In this document: positions 10,703-23,293 of the stretch, one piece after another | How positions within the stretch are numbered: position 1 is the stretch's first letter | Layout: each line of letters begins with the position of its first letter | From: Antedon mediterranea | Lineage: Eukaryota > Animalia > Echinodermata | Length of the DNA stretch: 64,000 nt | Direction: 5' to 3' | NCBI RefSeq assembly: GCF_964355755.1 | Contig: NC_092672.1 | Coordinates: 9,920,001-9,984,000, forward strand | Made by a program: the position numbers and the translations under genes | Notes under the pieces: generated by a model | Told to the model about the DNA's origin: nothing | The model's database searches: none | Seen by the model: the letters and a program-made list of their open reading frames with translations, nothing else

Positions 10703-13700
10703 GTTGAAATGGAATCACAATTGGAAATAAATATTGAACTAAACAGTTTTCACTATCTACATGGTTTTACTTCATAGTTTTAAAAGTATAGTTTTCATGT
10801 CTCAATAGGCCTATGTAATATATCAAATTATTTCAATTCAAAAGTAAAGTAAATTAAAAGATTAACATTTATCGGCATTCTAACGAATGCAATATTATTT
10901 TTTTTTCAATTTAAATTCAAGAATATTTTAACGATCAGCAAAAACAAAATTATTTCTTTTCAAATTAATGAAACTTGATAGCTTACGATTGTTTGACAGT
11001 ATCATTACATTTATTATTTTTTTGTTCAATTCGTTATTTTTTATCATTATTTTTTTTCAGTGTTAGATAGATATATATACAATCCAGCCAACACTTGTTA
11101 CGTTATACTATATTGATATTATTCACTCGGTGCCGGCTTTCTTTTAATAAATAATAATGAGAAAATCATATATATTTTATTACTATAATAATTATGTTGT
11201 ACTAGCTGCAGCATATTTTGTGAGTTTCCGTTGAAATAGAAATGTTATTACCGATACATTATTCTTTGTATTATTATTCATGTTTGTTGTTACCGTGTCA
11301 AATTAGTTTCACAGCAATCGCGTTTTCTGAAAGAGTAGATAGGCCTGCAAGTATATTATTATATTGTTGGGACTTTCAGTATAGTTTTCTGAGGACAAAG
11401 AAATGCATTGCATCGAAAAATTTCTGTTGCAATTAGTTCCAAGTTTAGCAACATTTTAGGCTAAAACGACTGGACTAATAGTATGTAGTATGCCAACTTT
11501 AATCTACTGCAGTTACTGCAGTAACTATATTTATGTACACACTTCTTAGCACGCTGGGTAAGCATGTTGTTTGTTGCAGTTCTACACTAAAAAAAAATTA
11601 AAAGTATTGAAAAATGTTAAAATTGTAGTAGAATAATGTCCTGTCTTTAGCATTAGGCCTACTTTTCTTGGAGTTCTAGATACGCAACTCTGAATCCAAA
11701 CAGTATTGATTTACAAACGGATTTCACTGATTAGAATTGCCAGCGACCAATGCACTAATTAATCAATTGAATTAAGGGATTTCTGTCCGTTCAGTTGAAT
11801 TTCCACAGCTAAAGAAAATGAAAGGACGTCAGAAATGGAGAACACAACCATATAATGTAAACAACACAGAATGGTATTCTGATTTTTAAAGAAGATTTCT
11901 AGTTATATGCATTGCTACATATGATATTCTACATTCTATGTCCTAAAGTTTGATTCCGTAGTTTTAAGACTTTGATATCTTTATTTATTTAAGTTATTCT
12001 TGTAATACTTTTTAGAATGAAGGTAATTTTTTATACTATTTCAAGGTATTTTAAATAATTATAAGCAGATTACGTACATTATTATTAAATGACACTAGAT
12101 CTTAGAAATAGTGTTATTCTTTAACAACCAAGTTTATTTTACAACATTTAGCCATAACAATCCATGTACATTGACTTGTACAAAAAAACATCACCGTTTG
12201 ATTCAAGATAATGAAGAGACATAAAGGTGTCTATAAAAAGGCTGATATGCGGGGTAAACTAGCTAACTCTACCACTGACAATTCCGTACATGTCCAGTAT
12301 TCAACTTATAAACATCTCTTAAATAGCTTGGTAAAAAAACAAATCTACTATTACCGTGAAATTAATTAAAATCCATGTACTTCACAATCTTGTTATAATT
12401 TATTATACAATTACCTGACAAGTTTGAAATAATCCCGTGAGACTAACTGTCATATTTGTTGCAAACATCTCGTTCCTCTCTGTTCCTAACATGATTCATT
12501 GTTAAATCAAACATTTCATTATTTACTTCTAAAAGCTGGAAATCTCAAATCTATCCGAACGTTTTAAAAATGTGTCATTATTACATGTTCAAATTGAACT
12601 GTACTAAAATGAAGGTTTGGCCTTAAAGGTCTGAAAAACCCATATTTTTATTGTTTGTTGATATTTATCAAAACAAATTATACCTGAAAAAATGTAATTT
12701 AGGCTAAAGCAAAAGATAGTCAAATTCTTTATCAGGCAATGGCTTTTTGGTTAAAACAGTTATATGTGTTTGTTTTTAAGTGAAAGCATTATGTTTGTTG
12801 TTCTACAAAAGTGAATAACTTGATTAAAATTACACAATGACCTATTCAAAGTCTGAAGTATTTTATTTATCTTCATTTTCATGTTTTTTTGGGAGACAAA
12901 GCATCTTTAATCAATACCATTTTTTTTATAAACCCACAAAACAAAACATAATTAGTTTAGGATAATGATACAGTACAGAGGAAGACCTGTGCTTAATTTA
13001 TGTCAAACCAAACACAAAACGCCAAAAGATCATTTCTAGGATTTGCATTCATAATGATTTTCATGAAAGTTGTTGCACTCTCTTGAATAATTAGCTCTGT
13101 TTTTGTTTTCTATCTTTCATCAAATTAAACTGAAATATTGAACACAAGATGATCGGACCTTTAGTGTGATTTAAACAAAACATAAAACCAAAAACAAGCA
13201 TTTACTTTTATTTTAATGTTAACTGTACTTATATAAACACACAAAGTGCTTTACTTAAAAACTGAAGACGTTAAATCCCTAAAAATATGAATATTAATTA
13301 TTAACAATATTACTAAAATCAAATGTCAATTTGCTATTGTAGTTATTTCAGAACTTGATATCGTCACGTGTTCTATTACGATATGCCTTAAATGTGAACG
13401 ATTATTATCTACTCTGTATTGTGTATTCTGAGTATTTCTTTAAAATTGTTACATTTTTGTCTTCCTCCACAATCTTAACCTGATGACAGCATTGGTGCAA
13501 ATTATTCTATTGGTTGTGAATGTGGAAGATGTTCTTGCTCATTTTCTGGTTGATTTTTTCTTTGTTTTGTATGTTTCGTTATTTGATGTAGGCCTACTAT
13601 CCGAAATTAAAGAAATAAATAAATGAGTTTAAACACAAATTATTATTCACCGTAAGTTTTTATATCATTTGTTCATCTTTTTTTTTCTCCATTTTCATAA

Positions 13701-13773
13701 TAATTTACCATTATCAAAAATGTATAAGCCTAATTTCCAGTATTGATTATTTTTGTTTATGTTTAATTCTACA

Positions 13774-13834
13774 ATTAATTGATATAATAATTAACAATTA
13801 ATTAATATAATAATTGACAATTAATTAATATAAT
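13774..13834 (+). repeat. AT-rich 23-bp tandem repeat, ~2.6 copies
   Basis: An ATTAATTAATATAATAATTRACA unit is repeated. Confidence 0.7.
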
Positions 13835-15031
13835 TTTAATAATATTTTTGAGTCTATGTTCAGGTTTTAGACAAATCATAAGAAATTATAATAAAATTAT
13901 GTTGATTTCAAAAAAAATATTGTAAAACATTAATAATGAAGATTCTATTACTATTGAAATAATATGAGATGTTGAATTTACAGTGATACAGTATTGCCTC
14001 GCCTCGTCCAATAAATCATTATTTCTGATAAGTGATTTTCATATGCATGAATTTGTCAATTTGTACATGTTAGCATGTGTTTCTGTCTTTTTAATCATTA
14101 CAATCACTTGGTGTGCATTACCATTATCAGCAGTACTAATCTTTCTTTTACTTAATACATTGATTGTGACAGTCCGTTAAAATTAGAGTGAAGCTGAAAT
14201 CCCATAGATAAACATCAATTGTACTGTTTTAAAACTAGGAATTCTGTAAAAAAAAATCACATTTGAAGGTTGTTGTCACACCCCGCGAAACCCCAGATCG
14301 TCTGATAATAAATCTGTAATACGTATATTACATCTGCAAGATTGGCAACTTTATGTCGATTGAAATTACTTGTTCTCGATGGCTTTGACAATTTATTGTA
14401 GCAGATCTTGTCTGAATATTTCCGTTATGTTTTACGTTTTCAGATTTGTCAGTTTTGGTTTGGTTGTTAAAATGATTGACAATATAGTCCAGATTAGCCT
14501 AGATTTGTGGATGTCGTTTGGTTTTGACTTCGCTTATAAGTGATTAAATTTGACGTCGATTATTAATTATACTCATTGCACAGTTTTACTTAACGTAATT
14601 ATACATTCAATAGCATGTACCTAGCATTTGGTTTATTTAATGAATACAGAGAGAACAATCCCGATTTGTTCTTATTAATCCTAACCAACAAATAAAAAAA
14701 AAAAACCAAATAGCTGTGAATTCAAAACCTGATCTGTTCATATTTTATTTATATTTTAGATTAAAAAAACAAAATTTCTGATAAAAGAAGATTTTGCATG
14801 TTATGGTTATATATATTTTAGTAACATCGACCAGATTATTTATATGTTCTAAGACGAATGTGCCGATTCAAAAGAGTACTTATCTGCCTGTCAGCTGTCC
14901 ACTATTGTTTTTATAAACATAGATGTAGGTCTATGGATATAAACTGCTACTACAATAGAATATATATACCGTAATGCATTGTTTCCGCAAGTAAACCCGC
15001 ACATATTTAAATAAAATTTAAATCCATTTAA

Positions 15032-15663
15032 AACAAGGCCATATAGATGGCTGCAGTCGTGTGCTCATTAGTGTTTACCGACCGACCTACCAACTGACCG
15101 AAATTACTGAACATGTTTAAAAATGTTGAAATGTTTAAAAACATTTATATTTTTTTAATTTACACGTGCGTAGCCTGTCACTTTTGACGTGCTCGTATAA
15201 CGTAATTTTGAGTTGAAAAGTAAGTCAAGAAAACAGAAATCGGACAAAAAGAGTGCGAAACAACATTTAACGCGCAGTGCGCGCGCAAAAATCTGCGCAC
15301 TCATGGCAATTTTGTAAACGCTTAAAATTGCCTGAAACGTACTCTTATTTCATCGAAAATAAATTTTAAGCGCGCGTATACATGCGTTACATGCGCTACG
15401 CACGTAATTGTATTGCCATATGATGATTTATGCCCTGAAATTTGTGAGTACCAAATTTTATTTAATTGTGATTCATGGTTGTGAAGATATGATTACAAAC
15501 GTGATTTCGTTAAATCGTGCGTAGACCGCGTAATTTTGTATTGCGCACCGTGAAAACATAACCACATCGATTCCTGGCCATAAGGAATATACTGTGAAAA
15601 AATGACTTAGCTAGATTAAACTGATATCAAGATAAGGTCAGAAAGCGTCCACGCGACTAAAAA
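15032..15663 (-). mobile_element. Helentron-associated (HINE/DINE-1-like) non-autonomous element carrying ~530 bp of extra internal sequence
   Basis: The left end AACAAGGCCATATAGATGGCTGCAGTCG..GTGTTTACCGACCGACC and the right end ACGCGACTAAAAA are reverse complements of the termini of the copies at 60892-60999 and 61298-61379. Confidence 0.7.
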
Positions 15664-16503
15664 TAGAAATTACGACTCTATAGCCAAACAGCATCTTAAT
15701 TATGTTATTTGGTTTAGTATCGGTCTAAAAAGTATTCGTTACTATGTCCTCTTTAGTGAGATGCTGTAAAATAATCTGTTAAAACAAATGTATTTTTGTA
15801 GGTTATTGATTGCAATCAAAAGAAGTTTAGAATAAAGTCTGACTTTAGAATCACAGGAAGATAACTTTGTAATTTCACTCTTTTCAACATCAAGTAAATT
15901 ACTATAAAAAATCTCACGGTGATCTCAAAAGAAAAAGAAAAAACTGGTAGAATGTGGAGTTGTGACAGGTACTGTAATTCAATTGAGGATTTTCAGATAT
16001 TTGATAACTAAATTGATACTTATATATCACATTTTATCGATTAAGAAAATTACACTGCTCAGATAATCACACGAGTTCACCTTTCAAATTCACTAAAACA
16101 CTGCATTGTCATTTCTATAGATTTCAAGCAGTCTGAACTTTATTCAATAATTTAAATACATGGACGCTTGCATCATGTATAAAACATAAAAACATTTCGT
16201 GATTTGCATTAGTTCAACAGTATCCATCTGACGAGATTGTCATGTCTGACATATAAAGTAATCTTCTATCAATATCTATTAAAATGTCTATCAAGAAAAC
16301 TTAAAGACTTCCGTTGATTAAATTGATGTTCAGATTAAATAAACCAAGGCAAAAGAAAATCACTTTTAATATGAAAGTTTTTTTTATAATTTTAATCGAT
16401 AAATCAGCGGACGCACAGAACATGGAGAGCGGAAAGTTTGTATTTTGGCTGGCCGTTTGTAAAATGAGTGCTGATTGTGTTTATAATTACGATCTGTACA
16501 TTA

Positions 16504-18205
16504 AGCATGTTTTCCTGTTGACGTTATTCGACGTTATCGTCGTTGATCGTTGAAAGTTCAACGACGATCGTTTGAAAACGATCAAGTTGAAATGATAACG
16601 ATAGCGATGTTTACGTAGAAGATCGCCGATTATTGTTAACTATAGCGTCGAATAACGTCGACAGGAAAACAGACTTTACGATAGTGCGAGCATGTCTAGC
16701 TTTGAACAGTAGAGTTGAAACTCCTGTATCCTTCCTTGACATATATTCGTAAAGCAAAAAATGAAAAAGACAAAATAACTTTTTTTATTGAATCTCAGAA
16801 GAAGATACCAATTTCCTACAAATTCAAGTACCAGCATCATAAATAAACATAAACATTTTCCTTATGTAGACCTTAGCTAATAGATAATGAATCCCTGCCT
16901 AGGGCTCACATAAGTGTAGGATACGTAGCCTAGCCCTACACTGATCTCCATACTAATGATTCTTTGTTCTTAGGAAGCCTATAGCCTAGTCCTAATAGAA
17001 TTTTGGACTGACTAAGCTGAAGACTTAGGCTTACCTAATACCACATCTACTTTCCGGAACATCATTGTATAGTCTCTGTCTGGGCTTAAGCCTAGACTTG
17101 ATAGCGTTGCGATGCAGCACAAATAAATGTAGCCATCAGGATATTTCCATCAATTATGTGACGTCATGTACTGTATCGCCAAGATGATTGGTCAGTTCTC
17201 ACGTTTTAACGTTGCGATATCGCTAGAGTTGAACTAGACTCAACTCTTGCCATTGTCAACGATCGCTACTTCTATCATCGATTACCGTCGATTGTTACAC
17301 ATTTTTCTGTAAATTGCTATAGTTTTTTGTCGTCGTCGTTAGTTAAAAAAGTAACTTTTCCCGCAGTAAATCGTTACATGTTCACGTAGAAGATCGCCGA
17401 TGATTGTTAAGCCTGTTTTCCTGTCGACGTTATTCGACGCTATCGTTAACAAAAATCGGCGATCTTCAACGTAAACATAGAAATTTTAACGATTTACAGG
17501 AAAAGGGACTTTTTTAACTAACGATGACGATACAAAATGTCGGCGATTTACAGGAAAAGGTGTAATAATCGACGGTAATCGACGCTACAAGTCGCGATCG
17601 TTGACAATCGCAAGAGTTGAATCCAGTTCTATCTATCTAGCGATATCGCAACGCTAAAACGTAAGAACTGACCAATCATCATGGCGATACAGCACATGAC
17701 GTCACATAATTGATGGAAAATTCTGCTGACTACATTTATTTTTGTTGCATCGTGGCGCGGTCAAAGCTAGGCCTAGCCTTACCAAAGTTACTATAAAATG
17801 ATGTTCCGGAAAGTAGGCGCGAGGATATTAGGTAGGTCAAAGTCTTCAGCCTAGTCCAAAATGCTATTTGGACTAGGATAGGCCTACTGGAAACGAAGAA
17901 CTATCAGTATAGAGATATTAGTATGCCTAGGCCCACGTCCTACACTGTGAGCCTACTGCTAGAGGCAAGGGAGTCCTCTATTCATTTTTGCGCGTTACGA
18001 CGACGTCGAGAAAGAAGACAGGAGTTTCAACTCTAACGTTCAACGCTAGAAATCAAATGTTCGCGCTATCGTTAACATTTCAACTTGATCGTTTTCAAAC
18101 GATCGTCATTGAACTTTTAACGATTAACGATGATAGGGTCGACTAACGTCGACAGGAAAACAGGCTTAACGATACTGTCGAATAACGTCTACTGGAAAAT
18201 AGGCT
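16504..18205. mobile_element. Nest of three copies of one ~760-bp TWA-flanked MITE (PIF/Harbinger-type), forming a ~1.7-kb quasi-palindrome
   Basis: The TIR AGCCTGTTTTCCTGTCGACGTTA.TCGAC (or its complement) occurs at 16504, 16675, 17410, 18166 and 18205. TTA flanks the outer ends (16501-16503, 18206-18208). 17410-18166 is a complete copy inverted relative to 16676-17409. Confidence 0.9.
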
Positions 18206-20005
18206 TTATACGACCAGCTTTAATTAACTGATTAACTTTAATTGTCAATATTCTGAAAGTATCGACATTGATATATAGGGTAGATCTGCTGATTAAAGAA
18301 AATGCTAAGGTCTAACGTGCACCATCCTAACTATCTTACATGGTATTGTACTATGCGTAATTAGATTCATTGAGCCTAGAGTATAGTACAGTATCACTGT
18401 TGTAAAATACCATTATATTGTATCGCTACGCTGATACAATATGCGTTAATAAAGCTATCAAGTTTTATTGACGACGCATATATAATAGTATGATAAGGTA
18501 ACATCACATCAATATATATTTCATCAACTCATTTCGTGTGATTTCTAAATTTGTGTCTTGGTGTACAATACAGCATGACGTGTAAAATGAAACCGCATGT
18601 AACTTTTACAGTCGAATACGCGTGTTCTAAATTAGTATTGAAAATTAAGTTAGCCAGAATCGTGTACAGCAAAAATAGTTTGGAAAACTTGGTTAACCAT
18701 TACGGTCTGACTTACAAAGTCAGCGATAGGAGATGTAGGCCTAGCTTTTGTTTGCGCGTTATCTGTTATCATCAAATGAAATACGTAAAAAACGTTAAGT
18801 TTAAACATGAAGAAATAAGTTAGCTAGCTTCATTTCTCCATGGTATAACGTATACGAGCAAAAATGTTAAGTTCAGCTTATAAAACACACATCGGTTTTA
18901 GAAAATACTATTGAACAAAGTTTACTGACGTCATTTCGGTATAATTCAGTGGTGAACAGGTTTTTTGCACACTATAAATATTGATAGTGTTACAAGATGT
19001 TCTGTTACAAGATGGCGCCTGCTTATGAGGTAAAAAATAGATGTACTATTTTAGACGACGCTGGTTACATCTATATATTGAACAATTTCTATACATGATG
19101 TTAATTTGTATATTCAATATGTGTACGTGCTATCTCTTGTTTTATTCATAAATGAGTACTACAACATATTAAACGTATCAAATTTAATCAAAACCGTCAT
19201 GTTTGACTGTTTTCATTTCTACAAGTAACATATTCGTATAAGAGTAATTTATAAGATTTGTATAATATAAACATATATAAAAGTCTAATTTCCGTTGTGT
19301 TCTAGCATTACAATTTAAAATGCTGTTACTGACACTAACAACGACACAAAATTGAATATTGCATGCTATAATAAGTGATATGCAATCCGTATATATTCAT
19401 GCCACGCAGCCACGTTACTTCACTTGACACCCTGTTCAGTGCGTATTCACGCTACGTCAAAACGTAATTCAAACAACCAGGGAATGTTACATTTATGTGT
19501 TAGTATTGATAGACCTTTTAGTTTTTAATGCTGTAGTGGGTAGTATGTCGATGTTGGAAAGATGACCTTTTAATAAAGACTTTCTATATTCTTTTTTAAT
19601 GTGTTTAGTGTATCTAAAGAAAAACATGTTTAACGTCTTATTAGTGACATTTAGTTTTCACTTACGTGCCAGCTATTGAGTCTAACTGTCAATCGTTGTA
19701 TGACCATAATGTTCACGAGCGTATTTAGATTGACCTTTAGTCTCAATAGTTACGTCGTAAATTGGCGAAATGTCGGATTGCATTCCGAAACAGAATTATA
19801 ATTTGCAAAATGAATGGTGCATGTATTTTATGATTGAGCTTGTTAGGGTTGTTAACCTATATCTGTTGAGGAGTAGGAACACAATTTGTTGTTAAATCTT
19901 CTCTCCGAAGTTAGAAAATACGGTCACGATTCTAATATATTCTAGTGTTCCTAAACCAACCTAGCCTCCGTCTATAGCCCCTTCTTTACGTATGATACAT
20001 GCTAA

Positions 20006-20185
20006 AGCGTGGTTCCCACTAGCGACGCAAGGCAAAGGACGTAACGCAACGCAAGTGATTTGACCAATCACAAGCGATGGCTTATTCGCTTGTGATTGCT
20101 AACTGTCTATAACTTCGCTTGTCATTGGTTAAAACGCTTGCGCTGCGGTTACGTCCTTGCGTTACGTTCTAGTGGGAACCAAGCT
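20006..20185 (+). mobile_element. 180-bp MITE, PIF/Harbinger (Tourist)-type
   Basis: TIRs AGCGTGGTTCCCACTAG / CTAGTGGGAACCAAGCT with TAA/TTA flanks and an internally palindromic body. It is nearly identical to 56060-56238. Confidence 0.9.
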
Positions 20186-21209
20186 TTAGTTAATTACCAA
20201 TGAATTACCATTTAGCAATTGTATGAATTATATAGGCTTATATAGAATAACACTCAACTTTAAAAATAATTAAATTATTGTTACTGATGGATTTATATTG
20301 CGGAAAAGTATAATATTAAAACATTTATTGGAACGTATTATGACATTACATTATGATGATACATAAAATATGGCATTAGATATATAATAACCATTTACTC
20401 ATCATATGACGTCGAAAGTTAAAATTGAAACGTAATTTAATGCTGCTCGCAAACATAACCGATTGTATCGCCAGGTGCAACCAGCAATTTTCTATTGATC
20501 ACACATTCAAATAAATTAATATCAATCGATAGCTTTATTTTTTAATTCATTCATATATGTAATGGGATGGGAAAATTCTCCAGTAATTATCATATTCCTT
20601 TTTACATAAATACTGTAATGATTGAGGTATTAAATTAATAATATGGTAAATCAGATGACATTATAGGTAATATAATTTGGATGTTTGTGTTTTTATTAAA
20701 TTATAGATATCTATTTTTCGCTATATCAAACATTAGCTGATTATAGTAAAAATATTTTCATCACAAGTTTATATAGCAGGAATTTGCTAAATTCTGATTT
20801 TGATCTTTTTTCATCATGTTTTTTTCATCGTGATTTTTGTTACACATTTTAAAAATGTATTCCAAATGTTCTATTCAAATTCATGTTTGTAGCTGAGCCT
20901 TAATACAGACTCAATACTCAATAATGTAAGGGTTAATTAAAAATTATAGCAGAATATATAAGACATTCTACTGTTTCACAATTCTATAGGATGTTAATGT
21001 AAGGTTATATTTCTCCATCATCTTCTTAACACAATCAAGTCCTACGATTAAAACGAACGTCGCAACGTGTCACAATATAGTATGTATATCTAACTATCCC
21101 GTTCCATCAATCATGCGCACAACAACACAAGTTACACAAAAATGTTCATTTTAGGCGTAGTTTTCTTATAGACACACTCTATCTAATGTAACGTGATCTT
21201 GGCTGTGGA

Positions 21210-21416
21210 CGGAAGCCTAATACGGACACTTGCGTGTTATAGCAAAATGTCGATTTACTATGTCGAAATGTCGACACAACATGTTGGAATTTTGTCTTAC
21301 TAAGTCTATACTTCGAAATTATAAATTCAATTCAAAATTTTAACTTACTGAAGTAATTTGTCGAAATTATATTATAGTAATTTGATAATAATGTTAGTGT
21401 CACGAATAAGCTTCCG
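21210..21416. mobile_element. Decayed MITE with imperfect ~21-bp TIRs (Tc1/mariner-like)
   Basis: CGGAAGCCTAATACGGACACT matches the reverse complement of AGTGTCACGAATAAGCTTCCG. TA follows the right end and there are internal TCGAAAT-like repeats. Confidence 0.55.
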
Positions 21417-22930
21417 TACGTATGTAATGAATACGGGATACTGCAGTATGTACATTGTGTAACTCAAACAAGCAGAACAAGATTCCAAATCTCTGAAAAA
21501 TTAATGCGCCCACCAACTGTAGCAATTTTTGTCTCCAGAGTAAATAGTGTTATTATTTTTTTCAGCAAAAAAATAGATTGATGACATTTCTTTAAGCAGC
21601 TGACTATATAAATGATGTGTAAGATCACTGAGCCGTGACGTCACGTAGGCGGCGTACTATTTATGTACGATAGTTTTTTGTTATTACTATACACGTGGTA
21701 CGAGGAGTGATGCTTCATATAGTGCTGTTAAACCAAATGTCTGAAATCAACTCAATTACACATAGCATTACGTTCAAGCCTACATGAAATATAATAATCA
21801 TATTTTATTACTTTATACATTCACCAAGACATCAAAATGTCAACCACCTTTTCATATGTTATGCGCATGTGCATTCATGTCGGTATTCGCTCTTGTGATG
21901 ATAAATAAACATAATCGATGTATAAATGCATGTCCAGTAGCATAATCGACAAGAAATTATGTCCGTGTTTAATTTCAAATATTTTATAATTATGTTGTCA
22001 GTTTTGACTGGTTGAATGATGGCCGCTATTGCATGTTTTGTATATCAATACATTATATTATTTAACGCGTTGAATCAGATACTTTATTGATAGATATCAT
22101 CACGAAAACGATTATGATTTCCAAGTTATCACCACCGTTATTTTGCCGTTAATATCATCATTGATATGTAGTTCTTCACAATATCATCATTATTATTATA
22201 CTCATGTATCTATATATAAATTATGGTTAATTCTGACATAGACAAGCACAATTGAAAAACTTCGGTAAAAATCTCGGCCTTGGATACCTATACCTGATCT
22301 ATCTTAGATGTACCGCGAAACGTAGATTTGATAAGATTAGTTTTCAGTACTACGCTATTGTTTCATATTTCTATCTTAGGAAGATATTATAAATGGTTTT
22401 ATAACAACATTTTTTATTTCATCAGTATATTTTCAATTCAATTTCAATTGTACGCGGGTCGAAGTAATTTCCGGGTTCGTGATAAGTTCACATGTTCACC
22501 TTGCAACTTCCTGGTTTCAACTAAGTTGGCCGTTAGTGGCTATAGCCATTTTAGTTTTGTGTTTATTTTCGGATCGGACCGCGCGTGTGGAGGTTCGGTA
22601 TTTAAAACATAAAAAATACACTGCAGATTAATAAAGATCAAATTAAATATACGCAATACAGCATCAGAATATATTGTGGGGAATAGTATTATAAATTGAC
22701 ATAGGGAGATTTGATGATAAGACATTTTGTTTAAAATGGAGTGAAATCCCGATAGCCGAGTTTTATTGAGTAAGCTGGCAGGAATAACTGTAGGCTGTCC
22801 GTGTCCCGCTAGGACCGGGATGTCTGCCTATGTTGCAAGCAGTCTAAAACGTCTTCTTGCCGCGGAAGTTAGTTTCAAAAGATGTTTAAATTAAATAATG
22901 TATTCATTATTAGGATAACATGTATTTTAA

Positions 22931-23293
22931 TAAACGCCTCCCCAATAAAACATTACTTTAAATAATAATCTATCTACTAAACGCCCATCCACAATTATAC
23001 ACACAATATTGTATTATATATTTATAGTAACACAATCATACTATTTGTAGTAGAATTCATCGCACTGTTATCTACAATTTACCAAGCATTTTTGACATTT
23101 ATTTTAGTAAACGCCTCCCAAATAAAACATCACTTTGAATAATAATTTCCCCACCCCCAAAACCCAACTATCTAATAAACGGCCATCCACATTTATACAC
23201 ACACAATTGTATTCTAAATATATTTATAGTAACACAATGATACTATTTGTAGTCGAATTCATCGCACGGTTATTTACAATTTACCAAGAATTT
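22931..23293 (+). repeat. Diverged tandem duplication of ~165-185 bp
   Basis: TAAACGCCTCCC.AATAAAACAT...GAATTCATCGCAC.GTTAT.TACAATTTACCAAG occurs at 22931-23093 and again at 23108-23293. The second copy has a ~20-bp C-rich insertion. Confidence 0.9.
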
